From positions 1 to 52,747 of the forward strand of contig JAHLWZ010000595.1 in assembly GCA_020536535.1 (NCBI GenBank): 52,747 bases of DNA, written 5' to 3'. The notes under the pieces are model-generated. The model was given only the letters and a program-made list of their open reading frames with translations, had not been told where the DNA came from and ran no database searches. Shown piece after piece: positions 22,396 through 34,100 of this stretch. Origin of the DNA: Pelomyxa schiedti. Taxonomy: Eukaryota; Protista; Evosea. The stretch's first letter is position 1; each line of letters begins with the position of its first letter. The translations under genes and the position numbers were made by a program.

Positions 22396-23653
22396 ATGCG
22401 TGCCAAGAAAGTGCGAAAGACAGTAGGGCACAATAACGCGCAAGTACTTCATAATAAATAGTTAGTGGTTTTCTAAGTCAAAAAACCAAGACCACTCTTG
22501 GAATTCCAGTGCTTATTCTTAACGAAATTCTTGCTTTTCTGACCCCAAAAGATTTGTATAGATGTAGAAGAGTTTGCAAGGAACTTCTACTTCATTAATT
22601 TCATTAAGGAGTCAACTAAACGAATCAGGAGTTTTGCACTGTCGTCGATGAACTAGTCGGTCAGCCGAGCTATTGGACAAACTTCAGTCTCTCCAGACAG
22701 AGTTTTCTAAATTCTGCTATTGCTTACAGCCGATTTGCTGCTGGACTCGAACACTTTGCGTTTCTGACACCCTCGTCATTTGACACACATGCTAGGCTTC
22801 AATACGACTACCACTTTAAGTTTCTTCTAGTTGGTTGTCATACCATTTTTTGGCTCTATCTTACCACTCTACAGGCGATACGGAAGTTGGGAAGCACGAA
22901 CTTGTGAGACACTTCTCCTGTAATACTGTGGATTTTAATGAGACCGGTTCTGTAAATCTCACTGTTCAGTTTTATACGAAGGTAGATAGAAGAGTCACTA
23001 ATATCTAAATTTACACTCTTGGCAGACTCTAAACCTTAGTGGTATCATTGATTTTTTTTTTCAACAAACGTTGTACTTATGTGGCCCAGTTTGGGTTTAT
23101 GATCCCATGGTATTCAGACATATGTGCTACCGTCCTTTTAGAGAGACAGTAGTAGTGATAATCTGCTTTGATCTCTCTGGTATAACTCCATTGGTAGGAA
23201 AATGTATATTAACATTCCCAGATAGGCGTACCTTCGAAAATTTGCATAACTGGTACCACGAAATCCAAAGATATTCTGCAGAGGTTTACAAATCCAATAC
23301 CCAACTCCTTATGACAAAATTTAGATGCCAAGAATACTCATTATTGGCACGAAATCAGAGTTGCAACACGACGTTACTACCAAAGAGGTTCACATCCAAA
23401 ACTCAGATACAAACCCAAAACCAACATGCCTTTTTTCATTAAGGTAACTGAGGCGTGTAACTCAATCAATTCCATGTATTCCGCATATGTCGACGAGGAA
23501 GTCTTCTACATTGAAACCAGCAGTCATAAGTCCTACAATGTAGACTTGCCCTTCCTAATAGCCACCAACCTTGCCATTAAAGCCAAACTCAGTACACCAG
23601 TGCCCTCTGTAGTACCAAAACCAACCCCCAACCCAGGTTGCATTCTCTCCTAA
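22396..23653 (+). CDS. F-box + divergent Rab-like small GTPase fusion with C-terminal CaaX (CILS)
   Basis: Exon 2 (22491-22580) LGIPVLILNEILAFLTPKDLYRCRRVCK is an F-box. It is followed by YDYHFKFLLVGDTEVGKH, IICFDLSDRRTFENLHNWYHEI, ILIIGTKSEL, FYIETSSH and GCILS*. Confidence 0.8.
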
Positions 23654-23948
23654 AGGATTGAATGAACCCCAGAGAGGTCATTTCCCCTCACAATCACAAA
23701 ACACACAGACCAAGCAAAGGATCCCAGTTTTCGGCTTACAGTAACGTGAACACCTACCTCTTGCCTTATAAGTCACACTTACCTTCTCTTCAAAGCCCTC
23801 AACTTTGAAGTTGTTGGTTTTTTTTTTCACGGCGAAGGGGTGCAGTGTCACTGCAGCAGTGACTTGTCCCATAATTAAATTAATTTCTTCAGCCTCGCTT
23901 GTGGTGCACAAAGCAAACAGCATTCACGTGTTGTAATTAAAATCAGTG

Positions 23949-26900
23949 ATGAGTTTGTTGTCTGTTGCAAAACAGTCACTTGTTGAGGCTGTGGGGAGGG
24001 GTGATGTCAGCTCAAATGAATCATTTAACGTGTATAAAAAGGTATGCCAAAATTTGATTTGGATTTGTCCGTGGGGGGCGTTTCGTTTCGCTTGAACGCG
24101 AAAGTAATAGTACAAATAGAGCGCAAAGACTATGAGAATTCAGCTGAAAAATATTACGGCTGCATGTGAAAGAAAATTGGATGAGAGGCTCCAATGTGAA
24201 TAGCATATCATTGCAATGCTCTTTCACAAATCCTTTTAGATGCCAGTAACTACTTGGGAGCGGAGCATATGATAGATGCATTTGGATCCTATGCAACAGA
24301 ACTTGGTCTGTCCCATGAGTGTGAAGTACTTGGTTTCTCCCTCTGAAACTCACGTCATCTCCACTCAATGTCTTAAAGGTTCTGCATTAAGAACATATAG
24401 TGATATACAAAGACAACTCTTGAATCTACGGAAAACACTGGTAAAAAATCTCCGAAATTGACACTGTATTTATCAAGAAATATAAGGACTCAGAGCTACG
24501 TGAGCAAGTGGTGAAACCTCTGAACCAGTTTGTGGATGTGGATGTCAAGAAAATGCGCAATACCAAGACTCAATATTATCACATCCGAAAAAGTTATGAC
24601 TCTTTGCGCAGCAAAATGAGAGATTTGGAGGCTGAACGGAAGCCAGACCCAAATAAACTCTTTTTGGTTTGTTTTTAATCTCCATTTATTGTTGGACTTA
24701 AGTGCCAATTTGGATAAACTCAGGGTCACCAAGAAACAGCTGCTGTAGGTGCCGAGTTCTATAACATACAAACAAAAACACTCAGTGAACTTGAGGATTG
24801 CAATATGAGACGTGACTTTGATGTGCTAAGCAATATAAGGTTACTTGCCGTGTTCTCTAACAAAAAAAATGAAATTCCTATGTAGACAATTACTGCTTCT
24901 ACAGTCTGAGTACCACCGAAAGTCTTTTGCTCTTTTCAAGGAGCAGGAAGCATTCATCCAACACCTTCAACAAGCTGCTGAACAGGTTATTACACTTTTG
25001 TAGTCGAAGTTGACCTATTTAAATACCCAGGCGAAGATAGTTTACCAAGATGCGAAAAATAAACGGGAAGAACAGACTCAACTTTACCTCAAGGATAGAT
25101 ACCAACACAAATACGATGTTCTCGTTGATGTAAGTACCTCTTCTGCATGTGGTTCTCTTTTATTTATTAACTTTCATGGCAGTTATTGTCCGCACCAAAT
25201 TTGCTTGTGGTATCAGGTCTCATTGACATTTTGCCCCAGCAAAAAGCTGATGAGGTCATGGTCTCAGTGGTAAGGTGGAAGCCCAAAAATGTCGATTACG
25301 AGTTTACAAATGTAACTCCAGAATATTGGATTATAACAACAGTGCTCTTCCTTTGGTGGAAGCTGAGATATCAAGACAAGTTCAAGAAACAAGTAATTCT
25401 GTTGCCCTACTATGTTCTTAACACGTACTAACCTCAACAAATAGCTGAACCTGGCACAATCTTTCGAGGAAATACCACAGCCACGAAGTTAATGACAGCC
25501 TTCACCAAAATGATTGGCAAGGACTATATCATTAGTACACTAAAACCTTCACTGCAGTATGTTATTGATTACCCAGACGATTACGAGGTGAAAATGTTAA
25601 ACTTCAAGATGCTTTCCAATGAAAAATCACAGATCGATCCTGCTAAAATTTCTTCCACGGAAAGCCTGGAAACCAATATTGCAAACTTGGTTCAAGTTAC
25701 AAGTAAACTTCAAATGATTCTTAACTGTGGAATTCAAAAATCCCCAGACAATTTCTTTGACCATATTATTGGTTCAACTGCCCGCTGCCCAATGTATGGG
25801 CTTTGTTATACGCAAGTTATTTTTAACTTTTGTTAAGGCCAATTCGTGTGATTTGCAGGCACTTACGAAACGAAGTCTCACGGAAATTTGATTCCCGTGC
25901 TGGTGTAATTGCTGTAAGTGGGTACGTTGGTTTTAAGAAGTAACCCTTTGGTCTCACAATTATCAATCAGGATGATGTTTCTGCGATTCTTTTGTCCCAA
26001 CATTTTAGCACCAACAGCACTGGGGATCTTGCCAGCTGCACCACCACACGCAACATTACGAACGCTGCTTCTTATAACAAAAACCATGCAAAATCTTGTG
26101 AATTATGCGGAACTCAATTCAAAAGAAGGTTTTTGCCCTTCATTTACAAAATTGGAAGAAGTAAAACCTTGCGTGCAGGCTTCATGGCTGCTATGGATGA
26201 TTTCATTATGGACAAGAGACCGGCGATATCTGCGTGGTACGACCAGTTGACAGTAAGTTATCATCCACATAGAATAAGAGAATAAGTCAACTAAACGTGG
26301 TCAAGGAAATACCACAGGACTGGGTGAAGAAGTATACGCCCTGTGCCTCTCTTACAGACCTTTACTCTAATGACTTCCCTCTCGTGGAGGATGCCTGCCG
26401 AACAAATTATAAGAAATTAGGAAAAGATCTTTCTGAGGACAAGGTTTCTTCTTCCATTCACCTGAAAGTAAATGAAACTCACTTCAATTTCCAAACAGTC
26501 AACAGTAACCAAACTCTGTCAAGTCCTGGCACACCTTGAGCAGTGCACGACCTTAGAACACTCCACAGCATCCCTCGACTCCTCTCAGGGCCGCCAGACT
26601 GCCCTCACATCAGCTCTATCCCCAACTGGCACCCCGGCAGCTTCCCCAGCACCAACACCGTCATCATCCCCCACACTCCCTGATCGTGGGGCAGATGCAA
26701 CAACAGTCAGTACTTCTGCCTCATCTTCCACAGGTTTTACAGGCAACACAAGCATCTCCACACCCTCGACGAGCCCCGCTTCCATGAAATCTTCCGATAC
26801 GGAAGAAGTGCCGGTTGAGCCTTCAACATCACCACACACCACACGTGCGTTATGCACCAGCCCAACTACTACTAGTACAACAAGCTCCCCTACGACTGTA

Positions 26901-27698
26901 CCTTCCACAACTTCACACATCATAAAAAGACCACCACATCTCATCAGTGGCACCACCAACACGTCCTCCACCAAGTCTCCATCAGAATCACCCAATACAT
27001 CAACAACAATCCCTCGCCCCATAGGATCCACCAATTCATCCAATGCCGCTACGTCAGTAACTGCAAATTCACCTAAAACCGCTGCAACTGCAACCTCAAA
27101 TGCAACTGCAACTGCAAATTCAAATTCAAATGCAACTGCAAATGCACCTGCAAGTGCAGTAACTGAAACGGGAACGGCCACATCGACATCAACTTTGGCA
27201 ACAACAACAGTGCCGTTTTCACATAGGCGGATTGTGAGCATGACAATGCCAGCGAGGCCAGTGCCCATTCCGTCACCCCGTCACCCAGGCACATCGAACA
27301 TGAACTCCTCAGGTCCACTGAGACCCAGCTCACCACCGCCAACATCAACATCAGCATCTGCCTTCTCAATCTCGAGTCCACCAGTACGTCCGATCCCACT
27401 TATTCCCAAGCCCTCATCATCAACTGAACCCTCGCAGGGTTCTGTATCCTTAGCAACAACAACAGAACACAGCACCAGTTCACAGTCACTAAAGCGGGCA
27501 CAGCAGCCACCACAAACACAATCACAAGCAGCATCAGAATCACAACCAACACAAACCAGCAGTAGGCCACTTCCCAATCCACAACGTGATCAGAATCTGG
27601 GCAAGAGTGATCCCACAACAATATCGGGAACGGGAACACCACGCCTTGTCAAGACGACGATGCTGCACCCTTCCCCATCAACCCCCAGGAAAACCTAA
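23949..27698 (+). CDS. BAR-domain + RasGAP protein with a long Ser/Thr/Pro-rich tail
   Basis: RasGAP motifs IFRGNTTATKLM (arginine finger), FLRFFCPNILAP and TKTMQNLVN. N-terminal BAR-like helices (AKQSLVEAVG, LGSALRTYSDIQ). The BAR call and the start are less sure than the GAP call. Confidence 0.85.
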
Positions 27699-27844
27699 AA
27701 ACCAGCCTGGTTTCCAACTTGGCGCAGAAAATTTGATTGTCAATGTTTTATTTTTAGTCATCGTTGTTCCCACAACACGACAAAAAGAAGGTGAGGTGAT
27801 ACAGCCCAGTCAGATTGTTGAGGACACACAAACATAAGAACAAC

Positions 27845-29087
27845 ATGGCTACTACCACTACCACAACCACGACGACGACGACGACCACGGCGGCCGCTCC
27901 ATCCATGCAATGTCCAGCCTCGGGGTGCCTGTGGACTGGTGAGGAGGATCACATGTTTGCCCACCTCTCTGTATGCAAACATGCGGCGGCGTGGGATCCA
28001 TCGCCCTGCCATCGTTGCAGGAGGGTGTGTAAGCATAAGTGTGATCGGTGCGGGGAGCATTGGGACAAGTACGCCCCGGGTGTGGCTCTGTATTCGCCAA
28101 TCCGCCTGGCGAGGGAACAAAGAGAAAAAGACAGGCAGGGGAGTCAGGAGAGGGGGGAGGAGGCTGGGGGCGATGGACAGCCTGCGACTGCGGCAGCGGT
28201 GAGGACTGGGGACGAGGGAGATGAGGAAGCTGGAGATGAGGAAGCTGAGGAAGCTGAGGAAGATGAGGAAGATGAGGAAGATGAGGAGGCCCCGCAATCG
28301 GGTGTGGAGAGGGAGGATACTGATACTAGTGATGGTGATGACGGGGGGAAGGAGGTCCCATTGGGGAGCAAACACCGCAAAAGGAGGGTGGATAGTGATT
28401 CTGAATACGAGGATCCCAAGTACCAAAAGTACATTGAAAAGGAGATGGTGGAGTGTGGGTTACCAGTAATTCGTGGCGACAATACATCAGCACCAACAGC
28501 AACAAGCAGTGGCACCAATGAGAGTGGCTTTGAGGAGGTTGGGGATGGATACAGTCATTACCCCTTGCAAGTGGATCCTGCGAACGTGATGGATGATGCA
28601 GAGGTGGAGGGAGAGTCTGCGGAGCTGGAAGCGGTGATGGCACTGGAGGTGATTGGGGCTAATGCTGTAAATGTAAGTGTTGGATTGTCTGCTCTGGAGC
28701 AGTCAAAGTCTGTGGAGAATTCAGCTACGTTCTTTGGATTGGGACAGGTGAACATTCGTATATCACTGATACCAGAAACGCAAGCAAACCAAGAAACGCT
28801 GCGCATCACTGCACAGCTTCCTGAACACCCCTCCAAAAAGCCATTCATTGCAACGGTAGTTTTCCTTTCTTGAGTATTGCACAAAACAACACAAACCAAC
28901 TAAAATGTAACACTCACAATTATAGGTGCAACCATTGGGAATGCTATCAGCGCGAGGCCGTCCTTATGCAGGCCAAACCCAGCCATTCAAAGGCCCACAA
29001 GAGAAAGCCCACATAATATTCAACTTGGCTGAATTCAATACGAGGAGTGACAAGCTCGAGTTCAGAATCATCCTTACCTCCTCCTAA
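27845..29087 (+). CDS. TRAF/SIAH-type zinc-finger protein with an acidic low-complexity middle region, 2 exons
   Basis: CPASGCLWTGEEDHMFAHLSVC plus CHRC..CDRC; GAG-GAA-GAT/GCT repeats near 28210-28290; intron at about 28857-28925, then open to TAA at 29087. Confidence 0.6.
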
Positions 29088-29722
29088 AAGACCCTTAATT
29101 GTTTCCAGAACCAACCAAGTTGGCAACTAACAAATTAACAAATGAACGAAAGAGGGTGTTGGCCCCTGGCAATTGTGGGATTGAGTTGTGTCATTCCAAA
29201 GCCAAGTAACTCTATCAAGGTTTACTCGTGGTTGCCAATAAGGCAATGCACCCCAAAAACACCACACAGTAGTTGCTTTGGTTGACAAAGTAATGAATAA
29301 AATACAGAAATGTTTTTCTACTTCAACAAACAATTTTCTTATCAGACCTGCAATTCACACAAGGGGAGCTGGTAAACCCAATTGGAGCTCATCTGGCATT
29401 TCAGAGTTTACATCGTCCATTATACCTTGCACAATATTTTCCAATACTGAAACTTGTTAGTGATTGATTGGTAGAATAGAAGGACAGTCACCTGAATGAT
29501 GAGCAACTGGCATTGATGGTGAGGCATGAAGAGCAGGTGCAGTTGGAGGGGCAGTAACTGAAACCAGCAATTGTGGTGGGGGTACGAAAGTGCGAGTAAA
29601 GTATGTTGTGTACAAGGGGGCAGCTTTGATGCACACAATACGGGTGTTTGTTACTGCACTTAGGAAGGTAAGAACGGGAGTGTGAATGTCACCAGAAGGG
29701 AAAAGCGGGTAAATATGGTGCG

Positions 29723-30186
29723 TTATGTTATGAACAATCCTCCTGTGGCAATGTCAGGTGAGGAGGAAGCAAATAATCCATACACATGGTAATTTTTAAA
29801 TATATTGAGGAGATCCAGCGTTGTGCACCAAGAGGGTATTCCAAAGGCTCGGCGGACCAACAACAACTCAGGAAACGGTACCGCCTTGGGAGGGAATTTT
29901 GGCTCTCGATGATAAAACTCGGCAGCTGGAACTTCAAGGTAGATATTTCTTCCCTTCTTGTGCCATATCCTCGGAACTGCAGCAGCCTCCTCGGCAGTTC
30001 GAAAATTTACGTAAGTGGCAATGCACATTCTACCGGGCTCCTTGGCAACTGTGATGCGAAGGAGTTAAACTACATCAGGTTTCCTAGCATTCGGAAAAGA
30101 GAGTTCATAGTCAATGCTTTGTCCTCTGGCTGCACAAAAACGCGCCTCGATTTGGGCAAGTGTATTGGCCTGGGGTACTGCGACAT
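29723..30186 (-). pseudogene. RRM-like coding remnant with a frameshift/stop
   Basis: RRVFVQ..TMNSLFRMLG in one frame and LRITVAKEPGRMCIATYVNFRTAEEAAA in another. No GT-AG intron restores the frame. A second RRM-like start follows (FGIPSWCTTLDLLNIFKNY). Confidence 0.4.
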
Positions 30187-30959
30187 CCACAACGTATCAC
30201 TTCGCTTTTTATTTGTTTTTTTTATGTGGGATTTTTTTTCCTTTTTGTCCTACCATGAGTCAGGCAAATTAATGCTCGAAATTACTCGTAGAGGGAAGGG
30301 CAGTGCGTAGTGATTTTTGGCATCGTTCCCCGGCTCAATGCCGAGGCGTGGTGAAGATCTTGGCATCTCCAAAAGTTCATATTAAACGGTTACTGTGGAC
30401 CTCATGCATTAGTGGTGGGTGGCTCTTTGTAGTCTCGGCTAATAATCACATACGGTGTTTTCTGCATTTGATCGCCTATAATCTCCTCGTACAGCTTGCA
30501 TACAATTGTATTGTACCTTAATAGCTTTTTTCATCTAAGTTCGAGATTTTGGCTCACCTGCGTCTCGAGACAATCACAAGCCCATGTTACGTTACGCTTC
30601 GATGAGTTACAAAGTACTCCTTGGCTGCTTGGCACATTATAATCCGGGGCACAATGAATCTTCCCGCGCTTTAAAGTGTGAAAATGGTACCATTTTCCCG
30701 CGCTTATCATTTAATCCAACGTGCCACTAGAATTCGACTCGAGTCGCAAACCACAGGTGATTTAGGTTTCTGAGCTTAAAAGCCTAGTAAGCGAGAGTGA
30801 CATTCCATTCAGTGACACTCTTGGCTTAAAAGGCATTTAAGCACAGACTCAATTTCGCTATCTGGTAGACCCGGTAGCTGACCAGCTTCACTCCAACAGG
30901 AGCCGAACAAGCGAAGAAAATTGTAATGATACAAGCATAACAACCGCTCCTACTGAATT

Positions 30960-31352
30960 CAACAGAGCATCTGGCTGTCGCATCCTTCATTGGGAATACG
31001 GCAGTAGTCGAAACTTTGCTCCAAAAGTGTGGTGGCACATCTCCCCCAACGACACCCAACGCACCACCACCACTTCACGTGGCAGCGTACTATGGCAATG
31101 TAGAATGTATGAAAAAACTGCTCGCTTCTGGGTGCTCCCCGTTGGAAACAGATGTAAATGGAAGGTGTGTGGTACACTAAATAAGAGCCAACTCTAATCC
31201 CACTCAGAAATGCCCTTCATCTTGTAGTAGCTGCGGGAAATATTGAAGCTGTGAACCTTTTACTGAAAGATGCCTCAACAGGGTCCCAAGCGAAAATGGC
31301 GCAAGATAACGGCGGCAAAACCCCTTCCCAGTTTGCTGACGAATGTGAATAG
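30960..31352 (+). CDS. Ankyrin-repeat coding segment (gene ends unresolved; missed by the ORF track)
   Basis: ASFIGNTAVVETLL..PPLHVAAYYGNVECMKKLLASG..DVNGR|NALHLVVAAGNIEAVNLLL..DNGGKTP across a GT-AG intron at about 31165-31208. Confidence 0.7.
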
Positions 31353-31986
31353 GGGTATCTTAGAAGGGACAAAAGTCAAGCCATCGGATTCTTCTCTTAA
31401 GGTCATAACCAAAGGCCACGAGGTATCCACTTCCGCCCTTTGCATCCCCACTTACATTCCTCAAGAAAAAGTTCCCAAAAACACGTACTGATTGACTTGT
31501 CACTCTTACAACCTCAGCCTAAGCTCGGGCAGTGTCACTCTAGCACCGTTACAACACTAAATGTAACCTCAAAGTTATTTACCTATGGTATCACGCGTAT
31601 GTCCAAAGAAACGCCCTCCCCGTTTCGAAAGGTCAAAAAAACTGATTACTTCCCACGGGTTCCAAAAAAAATTGATTACGAATCTTTAATAAAAAACCCG
31701 CGAAGAAGGAAAACAATACACAAAAGACATAAAAAAATAAAAATAGACCAGCGGTGCTGCGCTCCGGTCCACCGTCAAATCTTCCATTGGGAGTCATAGC
31801 AAGCAGTTGGTTCGGTGCATGCAACACTCTCGCAGGCAACCAAAGAGTAGAAAGTAGTGGTGGGGTACCAGTCACGCACTCAGAGCAGTCCTCTCTCTCT
31901 CCACCCCCCCACTTGTTTCCATTCAAGTTCAACAACAACCAACACCACTCTTCCTGCAGGCAGGGATCAGGCTCTGGGTCAACCCC

Positions 31987-32876
31987 GTTTCCCCTATGGC
32001 TGCGTCTTGACATGCCGTGCAGTGGGCGGGTTGGGGCGGAGCCCCCTTGCACCACAACCAAACCACCACCACGCATCCCATTCTTCCCATTCCATTCCCA
32101 ATTCAACAAAACCAGTTCCTCCTCCTGTGGCACTGTCAACAAAAGCTGAAGCTGGCGGGCTGTTGTGGTGATGACACTCTCTGTCTATTGTGTAGTGGTA
32201 TTCATTTCCAAAATTTCCACCAATCCACTTTATTTGGCATACTAGCTACCAGTAGCATATCATCGTATCACATCACACAGCCAAAGAAGCAACAAGAGTA
32301 TTGCCTCTGCCCTCGTGTGGTTAAGCCGTACCCTCTCCGTTTGCCGTTGTGTTATTCAAAGAAATCACCCTTTTTACCAAGTTGTTGTAACGTTGTTGTT
32401 TGCTGTAGCCTCCCTCTTGTTGTAGGGTGAACAGAGATTAGCGTGACAACTCTCCTACCTTTGGGACACCATTGTTGGACGATGCGGGCCGGATAGAACG
32501 TAAAGGTATCTACACCAACCCTGGAAAAAAATATACCCAACGGTGAATGCAAAGCCAGGAGTCTTTGTTTTTACAATAATGGTCTTTGCAATATGTTTGT
32601 TGTGGTTTGAGGGTGTTGTGAATGGTGGCGGTGCTCTGCGAATGGAGCCGGGAACCCAGTACTGGTGCCGCTGCGGAACCTTGGCAGCAAAAATTGGTCT
32701 GCTACAAGTAAGTCTGAGGCTCTGCATAGGCTGCTGGATGCTGTTCCAGGCTGTGTGTCCGCAGCCGGCACGCAATCAAGCTGGTCTCAACACCCTAAGC
32801 ATTGTATCCTGATAAAGAGTAAGTTGAGTAAAATCAGGGGTTTCATCAAACATGGCGACTTCAGGAGTGCCGCATT
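31987..32876. repeat. Direct repeat, copy 1 (pairs with 36732-37465)
   Basis: Long near-identical blocks. Copy 1 has about 155 extra bp (32142-32297). A further short match links about 32977-33013 with about 38366-38400. Confidence 0.92.
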
Positions 32877-34030
32877 GGTAATGGAAACATCTTGTTCTTG
32901 TCCAGAACCGTAGAATCTCATTCAGGCTTGGTATTACTATTCCATGGGTTATAACAGGCAAGAAGCGAAAACTGGCACCAGCCACCACACATTTGTGGCA
33001 TTGTTCTCCAGAGATATAGTCCAAGAGCTTCTGATACCATATTAGTGCCATAATGAAATAACGAATGGGCTTTACACCTTGGAATGCTATCTTGGTTTGA
33101 TGACTGTCATTGAAGGTCATACAGTATAAAAGTTTTCTCGGTGCATTCAAGGTTGCCTGTGTACTCTTGGATACTTATCACCTGAAATAATCAGAAAATT
33201 AAATTCAAACAAGAATTTCTTTTTTGGGAGGGAAGAAACCTTTGCAAAAGGTCCCTTTACTGCACTTAGAGTTTCCTTTCCTAAAATGACAGCAATTTAG
33301 TACTGTATAAGTATACATAGCGAACTATTTCAAACCTATCCACAGCAGCTCTTTGCAAGGGAAAGAGTATAGCTGACACCTAAAGGTTATTTGGTGAAAA
33401 AATGAAATGAATGGGTATAGCTACGTGAAATATACAAAGTTTAATGCTGGATTTAATGAAAAGGCCACTTAAAGGAATAGCAGGGAAAAAAAGGAAGGAC
33501 ATTAGATTTTCCGTGCCGCACTCCCAAAAACCACCACCAAGTGCCGCACGCATGTTTTTTTTTTGTTTGTGATTTTATGGCGACAGGGACTCCCTTGTTT
33601 AGTTGTTGCACAGTCAATATGGCATGACCAAACTAAAGCATTGCTTTTCGGAGTACTCTTCAGAACCAACTTAGTTTCGGGAGGTTACTCTGCAATGTGT
33701 TGGGGTGCGGCAAACTTGGGGTAAAAAAACGATTTTTTTGCTTCGATTTTTTTGCTTTTCCAGTGGTGGTTGTGCTTCTGGGTGGTTTCTGTGGCCACTG
33801 AACGTGTGTGATGCTGTTTTGGGGGTGGTGTTTTGTGAAATTGTTGGGAGTGTCTTTGTGTGGGTTCAGTGTGAATTAAGCACCTTGTGCAACCTCTTTT
33901 TCATTTTTTAGGAGCAGCACCTGCAAGGGCTCAGGCACTGTGTCACAGTGCTCACTGACAGAATTACTATACTGTTTAAGGAAGAGGCCTGAACTGTGGC
34001 AAGTTGTAAGGGCAGCTGGCATGTTGGATT

Positions 34031-34100
34031 TGAAGTGGCTGTGTGACAGCCAGTGTCATTTGAGGTGATTGTGTGACAGCTGATGTCATTTGAGGCTGTG
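34031..34100. repeat. Short 30-bp tandem repeat (about 2.3 copies)
   Basis: tgaagtggctgtgtgacagccagtgtcatt / tgaggtgattgtgtgacagctgatgtcatt / tgaggctgtg. Confidence 0.7.

Noticed and set aside
26585-27642. Long antisense ORFs opposite the RasGAP tail (likewise 6069..6598, 27758..28643, 49521..49925)
   Set aside because: They are stop-poor shadows of low-complexity, GC-rich sense exons and carry no independent motifs.
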